Shown one piece after another: positions 14,500 to 27,700 of a stretch of DNA of 64,000 nt. Position 1 is the first letter of the stretch. Each line of letters starts with the position of its first letter. A program made the position numbers and the translations under genes. The notes beneath the pieces are model-generated. The model did not search any database. It was not told the DNA's origin and worked only from the letters and a program-made list of their open reading frames with translations. The DNA is from Marsupella aquatica (taxonomy: Eukaryota; Plantae; Marchantiophyta). The stretch lies in assembly GCA_973895155.1 (NCBI GenBank), contig OZ316895.1:22456558-22520557 (forward strand). The letters run 5' to 3'.

Positions 14500-15879
14500 C
14501 CAGATTAAAATTTGTTTATCAAACTCAACTGCACAAACTGCAAATGAATACCTTGTGGCCTTAACCCTTGACGCAATACAAGTGACCAAGGAAGTTCATT
14601 CCTGATTGGTGCGTACCTCAGTCTCCTTTGTCCACTGATCCTCTGGTCGTGACCCGGGTCCTCAAAGCTGAATCTTCCTCAAAGCTGAATCTTCCAACCT
14701 CCACTCTGCTCAACTAAGCCCGATGGATGATCACTGCAGCTGCTTACAAATGTCTGCGACCAAACCAGGAAAAGCGTTACTTACAGACCAACACCCTAGC
14801 CAGTGAAGGAGCTGCAAATGGAGTCCAAAAAGTGGTGGAAGATTAAGTATGAGAGCAGACCTAAGGCAATAGCAGAAGGCAAGTCAGAGCAGAATAAAAT
14901 AAGACATAGGAAGCCGGGGAGGAATCAGAAGTGCGATGGCAAGCGCTTCAACCTAAGCGCAGAAATTAAGAGCTTAAGAAGTCCTAGAGACGGTTGCTAA
15001 AGGAACTCAAGAGCAATTGCAACATCCGAGGCAATGCCATTTGGCGATATATAGTGAATGCAATATCGTCAACCAAGAAATGCAGTTCACTTGAGGGACT
15101 GTCACTACATTCAGGACTACATCGCGTGGGTTTTGTTCAGTCTAATGCAGGGAGAGGGTTACCTTGTTGCACCAAACCGGAAGGTGATCGCTCCTTAGCC
15201 TTCCAGGGGGTATCCTTTGATGATATCTGAAAAGGCCCACAGGCATCAGCTAAAAGCACGTAAACTCTACATCCATCCTTCCATTGAGAAACTCTCTCAA
15301 CATTGAAAACCAGATGGCTTACCGTGCTCAATTGATGTGTCCACTCCCAGAAGAGTCAACACGCAACACTGAAGCTTTCACTATCTCCTTCGATCACTGG
15401 GTTTCTCAAAAATGATCTGCAAGCAAAACATCTCCACAATGAAGCACTCAAGCTGGCAGCGTTTGCAAATCCAATGAAATGTCACTCATGTCGATCGCAT
15501 CAAGATCTTAAGGATAGTCACAATGACTTAGAACAATCCATTGAAATCCAGCCAAATGCATTCGCAGTCAAAGGCATGTAAATCCTACAAATCACAATGC
15601 AGTGGCGTGCAAATCCGCAAGTTGGCACAGTTACAGCCAAATCCAGGAAACATTGAGGCAACACATAGAACATTGAAGACATAACCGGGGAGATAACAAT
15701 GCATGCCAAAAATGTGGAAGGTTCACAGAGCATTTGAGTGGGTGAGATTGAGACGACCTTGACAATCGCAATGTCGGGGAAGATCTTCCAAACTAAGGAC
15801 CTTCAAAGCCAGCACTCAGCGATGCTGGGCAAGAGCAAGAACAGGCAAACGAGGGCCAACAATGCCGGATGCGGATCGA

Positions 15880-16040
15880 CAATGGTGGACAAGGCCAAAG
15901 CAGCAATGGCGGACGAGGAGCAGCAATGGCGGACAAGGAGCAGCGATGGCAGAGGATCGATGATGGTGGACGAGCAGTGATGGCGGTCGAGCAACGATGG
16001 CGGCCGAGCAGCGATGGCGGACGAGCCAGGAGCAAGCAGA
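15880..16040. repeat. GC-rich degenerate tandem repeat (GACGAGCAGCGATGGCG-like, ~18-21 bp) in the transposon's right-end region
   Basis: Repeated gcagcaatggcggac / gcagcgatggcgg units. A telo-box-like AAACCCTAAA lies at ~16150. Confidence 0.65.
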
Positions 16041-17598
16041 AGGCATCAGGGAGCGCGAGCGCGAGGTGAGGTGAGACCGAGCGCAAAGGAAGAATGAGGA
16101 GCAGGGGTACGAGGGGGGGCTGACCCCGGGCGGTGACGGTCTCACGACTAAACCCTAAACCTTAGGGTTCATAACGTAGGTGAGGCCATGGATCGCCGAT
16201 TCAATGGCTTCGATTCGCTCTCCCTCTAATCCAACGGTTTTAGTCATCCCCGATGTGTTTTCTTAAATTCCCCGCCAAAACCCCCACCACTCCACACACC
16301 CGGTCCATCCCCATTGCCCCGGGATCGCCCCCAATCCTCCCTTCAAAACTTTTCTAGCTTAGCATAGCCAGTATTAACATTTTAATTTATGAAGGAGATA
16401 TGGATACTGTAAGGATAATACACGTGTACCAATTATAATTTGACACGTGTACCAATAATATGATGTCGCGTGTCGCTACCTATTGATTTACCCTTCCGCA
16501 AAAGTAAGCAGGATGACATTTCAAGGGGTCTTACGAAATTACAAAGTGGTTTCGGTATATATGCGGTGGTTGCGGAATTGTAAGCAAATTATAAAAATTA
16601 CCGCCGAAGGGATAAAAATGACCCTTGAACGGTTCTCACGTCCTCCCCGTATTAGAAAGGAGTGGGGGCCCAGGGGATTTTCCCTTGAGTTCAAAATGCA
16701 GGTGAAAAACCATGGTCTGTGAGGACATCCCACGCACCATTATCTTCCCAACATCCATCTCTAGTATGCCATGTTCTCTCCTTAGAGCATGTCCAACATG
16801 AATCATATTTTGTCTTGTAGTGATGTGTAAGTGTCTATTGCATATTCTTTGATAGAATTGAGTGGGAGAAGTAAAGCAAACACATGCCAAATAAAAGTAC
16901 ATTTCACATAATGACCAGGAAAAGTTCAAATGCACAAGTCTTGAAAAGTTGTGCACATAAGATAGAGATTCTCACTTGCCCTTTTGATACTGAAATTATT
17001 AAAAAGTTGTGCACATAACTTAGAGAAGATACTCCCTTGCCTTAGGTAATGACAATAAAAACCATAAGCATAGCAAATAGAAGTATGAGGAGGACTTAAA
17101 GGAGGATTGTCCATATCTCAAAGTATCAATTTTCTCTCTCATTCACTAGAATTGGCAGAAATTTCCATACAAATTGCTATGCTATTGTAGTGGGAAAGGA
17201 CAGCTCTAGGGTGGCAAGATTAAAAATGTTTAGACGTGTGCCAAAACAATTTAAAATCTAAATCATACAAGTGATGCGCATTGTGATGCACATTGAAAAT
17301 AAAATACATAACAAAAAATCTTAGTAGGACAAAATAATGAAACGTGGATTGGCCAAAGAGGTGTAAAAAAAAACACTCTTCCCAGTTGTCATCTCTGGTG
17401 TGCCATCTTCAGTCCTTACACTTTCTCATCACCACCCCTCCCAAGGATGTCCAAGCGGAGACGCAGCCCGTCCTTACTGAAAAAATAAAATGATAAATAA
17501 AATGATGTAGTAGTGATAGGTCTTGCAGAAGCAGCATACGCGTAGTTTCGGCTGGGTTACAGATGCTTGTTGAAATTTCACAGAAAACAAAACCACTT

Positions 17599-17672
17599 TG
17601 TCTTCGTCCAGGTTTGAACTGGAGACCTTCAGTGTGTTAGACTGACGTGATGACCAACTACACCACGAAGAC
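17599..17672 (-). tRNA. tRNA-Val (anticodon AAC)
   Basis: Reverse complement GTCTTCGTGGTGTAGTTGGTCATCACGTCAGTCTAACACACTGAAGGTCTCCAGTTCAAACCTGGACGAAGACA. Acceptor stem GTCTTCG/CGAAGAC, anticodon loop CTAACAC, T-loop TTCAAAC. Upstream CAA and AT-rich TATA-like tract, downstream TTTT terminators, as in plant Pol III tRNA genes. Confidence 0.96.
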
Positions 17673-17765
17673 TTGCTGCTCAAACACAAAAACAGTTTGG
17701 TATTTATTTAATATTCTTTAAAAGAGAATGAAAGGATGTACAGAAAACTAATGAGGGATGGGCAA

Positions 17766-17879
17766 ATGAGACTCGAACATGAAGCTTGGACCACATATGT
17801 TTCAGCTCTTGAGATTGCAAGTATGAGACTCGAACATGAAGCTTGGACCACATATGTTTCAGCTCTTGAGATTGCAAGT
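17766..17879. repeat. Perfect tandem duplication, 2 x 57 bp
   Basis: ATGAGACTCGAACATGAAGC...GAGATTGCAAGT repeated exactly at 17766 and 17823. Confidence 0.9.
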
Positions 17880-18224
17880 CAGGATTGGGGAATGCAATAC
17901 TGAATCATTAGAAGAAGCTCATTGGCACGGTTTGCTACCGTAGGCTTCCTTGAACTCCTCGGTTTCAAGATTTTATACCCACAGCCCTCCTAAGAATACA
18001 AATTCAATGGTACGACGGGACTTGACCATGGAATGCTATTTGCAGGCCAAGATTTGTGTTCTGGATACTGAACTGAACCTGGTTTGATGTCCGCTTGAGC
18101 ACTAAGAAGTTGCACTTCAATGACGAACACTGAGACGGGACTTACCTGCCTTTTTCTTCGGGCGGTTTTGAATAATTCACTGTCAAGAATCGAAAGGAAG
18201 AGTTACATAAATCGAGGTAAAGTA

Positions 18225-18338
18225 TGCAGAAAGCAAACAGGTTGAGACACGTTTGGGCTAATGTAATTCTGGAGTCGGAGGAAAATCCTGCAGAAAGCAA
18301 ACAGGATGGGACACATTTGGGCTAGTGTAATTTTGGAA
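18225..18338. repeat. Imperfect direct repeat, 2 x ~50 bp
   Basis: TGCAGAAAGCAAACAGG.TG.GACAC.TTTGGGCTA.TGTAATT.TGGA at ~18225 and ~18289. Confidence 0.75.
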
Positions 18339-19545
18339 TACAAAGTCGACCTTCATAAGCTTATTCAGCCGTACGATGATTCAGGTCAGACTCGATCGTT
18401 TCCATGTGGTCTTGGAGGCGTTACTTGAGTGATTAGGTGATCATGAAGTTTTTCACCCGTGGGAAGGCATTCCGAATTGAAATAATAGCGTCAGAAAGAC
18501 ACTCCATTAGAGAGACGATCCCCAACATGACAGAGCAAGACCTCCCATTGAAAAGCATCCGAACAAAGCTGTCGTCCATTTGTCTCCATGATAGGCATTC
18601 ATTGATCGGCCAGGCAGTTTGGGTGCCATGGAATGCAATCAAATGGCTTGTGGACCAGGTTGTCAGGCGAGCCGCCTATATTTAAAATTTCTCGTCACTT
18701 CTGATGACAGTGCCACTTTCAAGATATGGACACCAGCCAAACTCAGAAGATTCTGAAAGGGATCAAGGACAAGCCACAGAAAATTGATTCAAAACGACCA
18801 GGGTAGGGGACAAATTCCTCATGGAATCACACCGAGCAGCTAAAGACGTCTTCCACATGGATAGGTCCCAGCTGTTAAGCTGGAGTTTAAGTCAGCAGCC
18901 ACACATCCGACACAGACTGTCCACCTAAGTCCAGAGATTCACCACATTCTCTCCTCTATTGGAGCATTTATTTATTAATGATATCAATCTCATCCCCTAA
19001 TTCGGGATCATGAGAATGCTGCCTCAATTCATGACTTTTAACAACCTCAGCGAGTAAAGGTATGGGTAGTTATTACCTAGAGTCAAACAGATTTCTAAAA
19101 GACCAGTCACATAGGTGAATAATGTTCCATTCCCTGTTCATTTACATGAAGTCAGAAGAGAATTGATGATAGCGAGCAAGATCTTGAATCTTCCTCAACT
19201 CTCTGCAGTCTGAATATATTGGTCGTCCGACGCTCCTTTACTTGTCCGAGGGTTCCTGAAGGCCTAGGTTTCAAACCCTGCAGATCTTCACTCCTCTATG
19301 GCCCGCCCTATCTTAGCCGATTGCGTGCAAATGAGCAAGCACCAGAGATCGAACGTGCAGTAGCCGATCTCAAGCAAAGTTCTCCTCCCATGCTCGTCCG
19401 CGGTGACGACTCATCAGAATCTACAAGCCCTGCATTCCTGAAATTTTGCTCCGGATTACTCACGCTTACGACCCACCCACGTTGTTCAAAATCCAGCCAC
19501 ATCCAAATGAATGCAAGGCCGTAATCTCCCGACCAACTGATATGG

Positions 19546-21069
19546 TCATGTGCTTGATTGCATCATAAATGTCGCTGCTTTGATTGCAATACGAACACGA
19601 TCGAATGTAAAGAAAAAAACGCGCGCGGCACAAGATAAACCTACAAGGTAGAGCAATGCTATCAGTATCCTTGGATACTCTGAGGTCCTTTCCTTCTGCA
19701 CTGCTCCAGATGACAGATATCCAAGTTTCCAGTATCTGTACATTGCAAAACCTATGAAAGAAAGGAGGACGGGATATCTAATAATTGGTTCGGCAACTGC
19801 TGCAAAAACGGCTGCTGCAGGTGTGAATCCTGCCACAGGATTGACTTTTCTCAGGAAAAGCAAAAAGACGGTGATAGCTGCTATGCCAAGAAGCGTAATC
19901 TCAACTGGGAGCACACCCACAAATCCACCCAGCCCTAAAATTCCAGCGGTGTCCAAAATCCTGCGGCTGGGAAATTGCTTTTCAGAGGAGCTGTAAGTAT
20001 CTGAGACACTCTCCCCGACCAAAAGTACAATTGACGCCAGAGTCATTGCGTATAGGATAGGTAATGGTGGAACGGTGTCTGCGATGAATCTGAACACGTT
20101 GTTAATTGTCAGCCCCACGTAGGCAACGCCAACAATAACTTTTGCGAGGGGGTCTCCTCCCCATACTATCAGCTGCTTGAACAACAGTATCGCTGCATTC
20201 CACGCCAAATGACCTGAAGCAAGCAGTAGCTTTCCCCAGAGTTTGAACTCCCTCCATATTGATTTCCGTGCTAGGAACACCACCGTAAAACCTGTGAAAA
20301 CATTCGGCCAGACGAACAAGGAGTGAATAAATTGGGTATAAGGGTTCAGGGTTTAGGGTCCAAATGGCCAACAATGCACAGAACGCGAAAAGAGCCCAAA
20401 CAAGATGCCAGAAGACGTTACAATGCAACAAGCTTAGCGTTGCGGAATTAATGCGTACGTGGACAAGCACCTGTATAAAACCTTCCTCTCTCTCGCGATT
20501 TCTTCATTGAACGTCCTACGAAGTATTATATTTGTATAAAATGCAGCCTCAATAATTGGAGAGAGGATAGCGAGAAGCAGGCAGGTACCGAATCCAACGA
20601 GCCAGTAGTTCGGAGGAGGTCCCTCATCCTTCATCAGCTCGAGAAACTCCGGGGGCAGGGCCGCCGTGAGGTTCCCATCCTCGTCAATTCCAAAGTCCTC
20701 CTCATCCGACATTGCAACCTCATTCCGTTCACCACCCTCCTCGGCCTCCTCAGGTTTTGGGACCTCCTCGTCCACAACCTCCACCTCTGCTGACACCTGC
20801 GCTCCCTGAGCCCGAAATCGAAACAAGGGTCCACGACGCCGCAAAAGAGCTCCATTGGTAGCCAAGAGTGGTGAGCAGCAGCAGCAGATTGCTCCGTTGC
20901 GAAATGCCCCGCCATTTCTCCACAAAACAACTCCGGAGCGACGATGGCTAGGGCCGCGGGCGCTGCTGCGGTTCACCACTGTCGTCGTCGGCTGCGAGGT
21001 GCTGGGCTGCCATGCCGACGGGCTGCTCCATCGAGCCCTTGTTGCCTCGAGTGCAGAGGCAAGCTCCAT
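19546..21069 (-). CDS. Multi-pass membrane protein, probably plastid-targeted, ~408 aa, 2 exons (possibly EMB1923-like; tentative)
   Basis: ATG 21069 with S/R/A-rich transit-peptide-like N-terminus and acidic linker. Best phase-compatible intron 20588-20292 (G|GTACCT...CACAG) joins to the hydrophobic ORF ending 19546. Donor choice is uncertain. Confidence 0.75.
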
Positions 21070-24000
21070 AGCTACTTACTGTTTCTCCTTCGCCCTGTTA
21101 CTCAGATTCATGTTTAGGGTCTCTCTGTTGGAAGCTCTCCGAGACTCAACAAACCACAGCTCTTGTTTCCATCTTCTGCCGTCTTCTTCGAGCACTGCCT
21201 TCTTCGACTCCAGACTGTATTCATATTGGACCTCGAGCTCTACCCCTGCCTAGCGACGTCGAAATAATATTATTAGCCCCGACTATTCTTTGAAGGTGAG
21301 CCACGAGTAAATAAAATGTAACAAAATACATTCACCTTTCTCATTTTAAAAATATTAATGAGATGATAACAAAGTAATCATTCATGTCATAGATAATATT
21401 ATATCATCTCTCTCTCTATATATATCTTCTTTACATGCACATATATTTTCATTCTTTTAACACAAAATATATCATCGTGTGTATGCACATCTTCTTCTTT
21501 ACATATGCACATTTTCATTACATACACATATACTTTGGTGGGGCCCTAAAGTCACTGTTTAAACCCTAAATCCTAAACTCTAGCTCTAGCTTCCCCTTGG
21601 CGCTTTACAAGTAAAATTTTGTGACAAACTCTTCGTGTAAAATATATATATATATATTTTTTTTAGGAAATCTGTGAAAACCCCACAAAAAGGGAAGAGT
21701 CAGCCACAATAGATTTTGTGACAAACTCTTGAAAACAAATGCTGAGGATAGAGTGGAAGTGTTGGAGGCTGGAGGTGAGACACTGGAGAGGACAAACCAG
21801 TTCAACTTAAATGGCAAATGGCAAACCAGATGAGTCTATCAACATTTGTATGAGTCCTCCTAATAGAGCATCAAAATGTGACAACATACCATGTACTATG
21901 ACACTCCATACCATGATAAACCCAAATATTATGTTTAAATTAAATCATGGAGTGTTGTTCTAAGTATGTATTATGTAATTGGCTGTGGGTTTTTGATGTG
22001 CTATTACCAGGATGCAATTTCTATTCAAGCTAAGGGTAATGTAGTGTTTACTGCAGTGGGTGTTGGGTACCTGGGTGGAGCTGTGTTTAGGCTTCCCCAA
22101 GGTGCTTTCCCCTAATTCAACTAGAGTTCAGAAGAGGACAAATATAGCTCTGGAGGACTAGAGCCCAGCTTTGTCCAGCACAAGGGAAGGAAATAACTCA
22201 CTTGTATTTCCAGGTTGAGCAACTTGTGAGCAGATTTTATGGTTACTCATTTTAGCTTGTGATGGAGTGGTCACCATGTCTATCATCCTCTCCACATACA
22301 ACTCTTAGAAAGTCACCCCACTTTGGAGATTCTTGCTTTCAATAAGGCTTTAATTCTTTTGCCTATATTTGGGGGAATTGTGGGCTTCTTGGCTATTTGG
22401 TCTTCCTGGGGTTCTTATATTGTTTACCCCCTCTTAACTGGATCTCTTGCCTTTGGGATCCTGTCTGCTGATTGGGGACTTTTTGTTCAATATCCATATT
22501 TGTTGGAGAAATTCACATGCTCATTTTATTTTGGATTTATTTATAGTGTGCTTTAATACTGCAAATCATCTAACATGGGTTACAAGCATTTCATAACACA
22601 CTAGGTTATTCATATGCTTTTGGCATTGTAAGAAACCTGACTGGTCGGACTAGGCAGCATATAAGCGGAACATGAGAGTGCACTTGAGCATATGCTAACC
22701 CGTCAAGATATCACAATGAAGAAACTCCTAAAGGATCCATAGCATGACACATGCAAAGAATGAGGGCAAAAATGTGTTTCCACGAGACTATATCCTCCAA
22801 GGGGACTAAGATGTTAAATAAGTGGATTTTGTCCTTAACTAAAGTACCCATAGTAATACCAAACCGACTACAGTTACAAGCACCCAGTCCTCTTGTACTG
22901 GGGTTGGCTAGCTTCTTGCAGTTCTCTCTAAAACACCAACAGTAGATAGGAACCAAACTGTCTCGAGATGTACTAAACCCAACTCTCGACCACTTTCATG
23001 GGCGAACAACCAGAGTCAAATCCTAACAGGAATGAGATAAGTAAAATGGCTTCAATGGGAAGCAAAGCAAGAGCAAGTTGGAAGGAAGAAATGTTTCTAT
23101 GTGGCTCTTGGTTAATGGGAAGTAAAGTAGCTTAACTCATTGTGGATGTATTTGGTCTGCAACCTATACCCTGCCAACCATGTCATTCTGTTGTCCATGG
23201 TTAAAATGGCTTCAAGATCATTCTCAGCTCTTCATTTTTGGCCTGTCTGACCTTTCTTTGTCCTTTCATGTTTCTTCAAAATAGTAGATTATCTGTTTTG
23301 AGCATTCCATAACATACAGACATTGTGTGATGATGAGTCCTGCTAAATTAAAAAGGAGAAATGTCATGTCACCAGGAAGCTACCATTCTTTTTGTCGTAA
23401 TTTATTGTAAACAGTTTTTTACTAACCTTTCCCCCAAACTACCCAATATTACTAACTACCCAATTAATTAATAGCCTTTCCCTCATTTTGTATTTGAGTT
23501 AGTATTAACTCATATACAGGTTCCCATTGCCATGTGGCAAGCGCTATTGGGTAACCTGAACCCACCACAACCCCCCTCGCCCCCCCCCCCACCCCCCCTT
23601 CCTTGGCCCCACATGATTCTTGCATTTGGGATCCTGTCTAGCGGTAAGGTGACTTTTGTTCTTTGCACTATCAAAGAGTCTCAAAGCTTCAAAGTTGAGG
23701 ATGATGGCTTTTGGCCATAACTTTCTCACATGGTTGTGTAAATTTTTTTATTGTTTTTTTCCTCTGTTGGATAGCCCCTACAGTGACTTATGGTAGCACA
23801 TGACCAATCTTTGTTGGAAGAAAGTTATGAATTATGAATGTGGACTCCCAGTATTTATGGCAAAAAGTTATGGGTTATGAATGTAGTAGTAGTGTGTAAC
23901 TTTTTATTTCACTAACCTTGACTACTAAGTTACAGTCCATCAAATTGTGAGATTTGAGACCCCTTATTATATATGCCCCTAGAATTAGCGTAAAACTATA

Positions 24001-24106
24001 TTGTGCAGAGTACCTTGTTGTTTTTGGGAGGTCTCGTGACCTGGAAATGAACGAAAGATGCCATGAATATACGGAGAACTACAGACCGCGCGTCAGCAAA
24101 GTGTAG

Positions 24107-24341
24107 ACGTGGCGAGAGGAGAGGGAGAGGAGCCCTCGTGCGCGAAGGACAGGGGGTCGGGCCCCCCACTTCCAGTGGGAAGAGAGCGACTCCATGCTAC
24201 CCCCGGATCCATCGTGCCCACCCCCATCGCAAAATCCTCCCCTTCGTTGGATCGCAACGAGTTTCAGGTTTCTGTGTTGGAGCCGTCGTCTCCCAAAAGG
24301 CTGTGGTACTGGCCTCTCACTCTAGATTACGAAAAGATAAG
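24107..24341 (+). promoter_or_regulatory. Candidate light-responsive elements upstream of PGK (ACGTGGC G-box/ABRE-like; GATAAG I-box core)
   Basis: ACGTGGC at 24107-24113 and GATAAG at 24336-24341, just before a pyrimidine-rich 5' region. Short motifs that could occur by chance. Confidence 0.3.
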
Positions 24342-24706
24342 CGGCCATATCTTTCTCTCGCCAAAGCTCCGTTGCTGCCCTCTCCGTTCCCCCGATCGTT
24401 CTGTCCTCCTCTCCGCATTTCTCTCCGCCATTCTCTCCCCCGCTCGACACCCCTCACACCACACGAGACCGACAAAGATCAGGCCCAGACGTGCAATTTA
24501 GTTGAGTGGAGGTTCAATTGGCTCGGGCTTCCATTCCCCCCACTTTTTTTGGTTGATTGATTGATTGATTGATCGACTGCTCGCCCAATTCCGTCCCGGG
24601 CTGAGAGATCGAGGGTTCGAGGTCGAGCTTTGTTGAGCCTCATCGAGAGCTTGAGCTCGGACGTGAGGGTGGCTACAGAGCCGATTGATTGAAGTGAGGA
24701 GAGGAC

Positions 24707-27700
24707 ATGGCGGCCTCAAGTGTGACTCTGGCCTCGAAGGCTGCGGTCTTCAACCTGCAGCAGAGCAGTCGCGTGACGTCCTCCTCTGCGTCCTCTGGAC
24801 TGAGATGCAAGGTGAGTGTGACATTTTTTTTCTTGACTCGTCGGTGAATTGAGTCGGTGGGTGCACTGATTCGATTCACGCATGTCATGCATGCAGTGGT
24901 GGATGAAGTGCTTGTAGCCAAGCCTTCTCTTCTTTGTCTTCCTCTCACTTGTGTTGTTGTCGTGGTTGGTTTCTGAGTTAGGGATGCAATTGGAGGCGTT
25001 ATGGAGAATTGAGGTGGACAGAGGAGCTGATTTCATTATTTTTGTTGAGTTTATGCAGGCCAGTGGATCGCGGTTGTCGCTTAAGGCGTCGCCTTTGAGC
25101 GGATTCGCGAAGAGCAGCCAGAGCGCCAAGAAGACCGAGAAGTTCTACGTGGTGCGTATCGTTGCAGAGGCACAGAAGACCGAGACGCTGAGTCCGACCT
25201 CTCTGTTGGGAGAGGAGGGAAAGAGTGACGTTAGCACCCACGCGTCCAAGGCCAGCGACAGGAAATTGTCTATTGGTGATGTCCCAAAGGATGAGTTCAA
25301 GGGCAAGACCGTGTTCATCCGTGCCGATCTGAACGTACCTCTTGATGACAAGCAGAACATTGGTGATGACACCAGAATCAGGGCGTCTGTCCCCACCATT
25401 GAGTACTTGCTAGCCGCCGGAGCCCGAGTTGTTCTCGCCAGCCATCTCGGTCGTCCCAAGAAGGGCCCAGAGGCTAAGTTCAGCCTCAAGCCCGTCGGAG
25501 GTTCGTTTGCTCGGCTTGTCTTATTCACTACCCTTGTGTATCGAATATAATGCTAATCCTGAGCTGGCTTCGTCGGTCTAGAGTAAGACAAGCATGGACA
25601 ATAAATTTTCTTCACCCGACGGAACATTTTGGAAGCGGGGAGAGACATCAATGAGTACGCGGCCTCTCTTGCAGCCTTCTTGCCAAAATATTCAGGGTTT
25701 AAGGCGGAGCTATGTTGTTCCGAGTCGTATGTGACCCTCTGGGCTGTGCTATCGGTAAATATCATATGCGTGGGCACCTGTGACTGGCATTTTAGTTTCT
25801 GTGGAAAGAGAAAACTGCCAGGTGGTCAGTGGGTGAGGAGGCAAAGTAGTCTATTGAAGGAATTGTCCGACTAGATTAATGTGATGCCTCCTTTGCGTTG
25901 GCCAAATGCGCAGCTGCGGACGAGGACTTGGATTGTTATCTCGTACTCCTGCTAGTTCATGACCTCTATGGACAAAGCCCCGGTACTGACTTGGTCTCGG
26001 TATCTTTGTGGGGAATGCTTTGCAGTGAGATTGTCGGAATTGTTGAAGAAAGAAGTCCCAGTTGCCCCAGATTGCATTGGCCCCGAAGTTGAGAAGTTGA
26101 TTAGCGAGTTGAAGGTAACCCTGCTGTGCCTTCTGCATTCAGGCGCAGAGAATTTGTTTGGAAGGTTTCTGATTTTTGAGGTTGTCAATGCTTTGCGTGA
26201 GTTGTATCAGGCAGTAAAGTTCCGTGATTGCGCGGCGGAGCTTTAGTTTTCTCATGCTAACTGCAACTTGGGTGAATGATCATGATTATTTGACTGTAGG
26301 ATGGTGACATTCTCTTGCTCGAGAATGTCAGGTTTTATAAGGAAGAAGAGAAGAACGATGTCGAGTTCTCCAAGAAGTTGGCGAACAAAATCGACTACTT
26401 CGTGAACGATGCTTTTGGCACAGCCCACCGAGCTCATTCATCAACAGCCGGCATTGCCTCCTACGTATCTAAGAGGTTTGCCGGATTCCTTCTGCAAAAG
26501 GAGTTGGACTACCTGGCTGGTGCCATCCAGAAGCCCGCAAGACCATTTGTCGCCATTGTAAGTCATGATTCACAATTCAGAGCTTGCTTTCAAATTTGAT
26601 TGAATTACTAGTGTTTTTCTACGTTCACTATGCCTGCTGGGATGAGTAGTTTGAGGATTTGGAAAGTGATTATGTCACAATGTGTCACAATGTACATGTG
26701 TCCCTTTTCATGACGGAAGGGAAGGGTACCTTTCTTTTGACAGGTCGGTGGAAGCAAGGTTTCCTCCAAGATTGCCGTCATCGAGTCTCTGTTGAGCAAG
26801 TCCGATAAGGTCATTCTGGGAGGTGGTATGGTGTTCACATTCTTCAAGTCGCAGGGGTTCTCGGTTGGTGGTTCCCTTGTAGAAGAGGACAAGCTTGAAC
26901 TCGCTGTTCATCTTAGCGCTTTGGCAAAGGAGAAGGGTGTTGAGCTCATTCTTCCAGTGGATGTGCTTGCTGCGGACAAGTTTTCTCCTGATGCCAATGT
27001 CCAAGTAGCGGACTCCGAAAAGATTCCCGATGGTGATCATCTTGTGACTCAGTATCCCAATCTGTTGTGTCACGGAAAATGCTTGGGTGATGCATATGAA
27101 TATATTAACCTTTAGATTGCGTAGTGCCAGATGCTGAAACTGAAAGCATTCTCAGGTCCTTCGCTGAGAGTTGGTGCTCAGCCTTGCTTTAACTGCAGAA
27201 TCTAATAAAATTCCTCGAATGGATACAGGATGGATGGGTTTGGACATTGGCCCAAAAGCTATCGAGCAATTCAAGGATGCACTTAAGGGTGCCAAGGTAC
27301 GACATCTGCCTATTTTTGGTGTTCATGTGGACAGTCTCATGTTTGGCCCTCATACGGAGTTAGTGAACAATCATACTGATGTATTATTCCGCGCTAAATG
27401 GCTGTGGAGATAACTGCCATTCATATTAATGGTAATGAATGTTTTGGCGTCTAAAACAGAGATCGAATATGGCAGTTCGGCAGGGTTAAAGTTGTGAGAC
27501 ATGTGCTCTGTAGTAATGTTCTGTGTCATTTGTCTGCAGACTGTGTTATGGAATGGACCCATGGGAGTGTTTGAATTCGATGCTTTCGCTAAGGGTACGA
27601 ACGCAATTGCCCACACTATTGCTGACCTGACAACGGAAGGATGTATCTCCATTATTGGTGGTGGAGATTCCGTTGCTGCCATTGAGAAGGCAGGTTTGGC

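Larger units (their letters stand above)
5519..16675 (-). mobile_element. ~11.2-kb TIR DNA transposon, P-element-like transposase, CCC termini, 8-bp TSD
   Basis: Left TIR CCCTGGGCCCTCACTCCTT (5519-5537); right end reverse-complement CCCTGGGCCCCCACTCCTT (16657-16675), 18/19 identical. Flanking direct repeat GATTTTCC at 5511-5518 and 16676-16683. Transposase-like gene inside. G/C runs also allow a 6- or 10-bp TSD reading. Confidence 0.9.

Noticed and set aside
5548-16409. TA|CAGT...ACTG|TA Tc1/mariner-like ends
   Set aside because: Similarity stops after 4 bp; the CCCTGGG TIR with matching TSD is far better supported.
20102-20470. Alternative donor at 20470 for the membrane-protein gene
   Set aside because: It splices into a frame that stops at 20102 and loses the hydrophobic domain; not preferred, though a minor isoform is possible.
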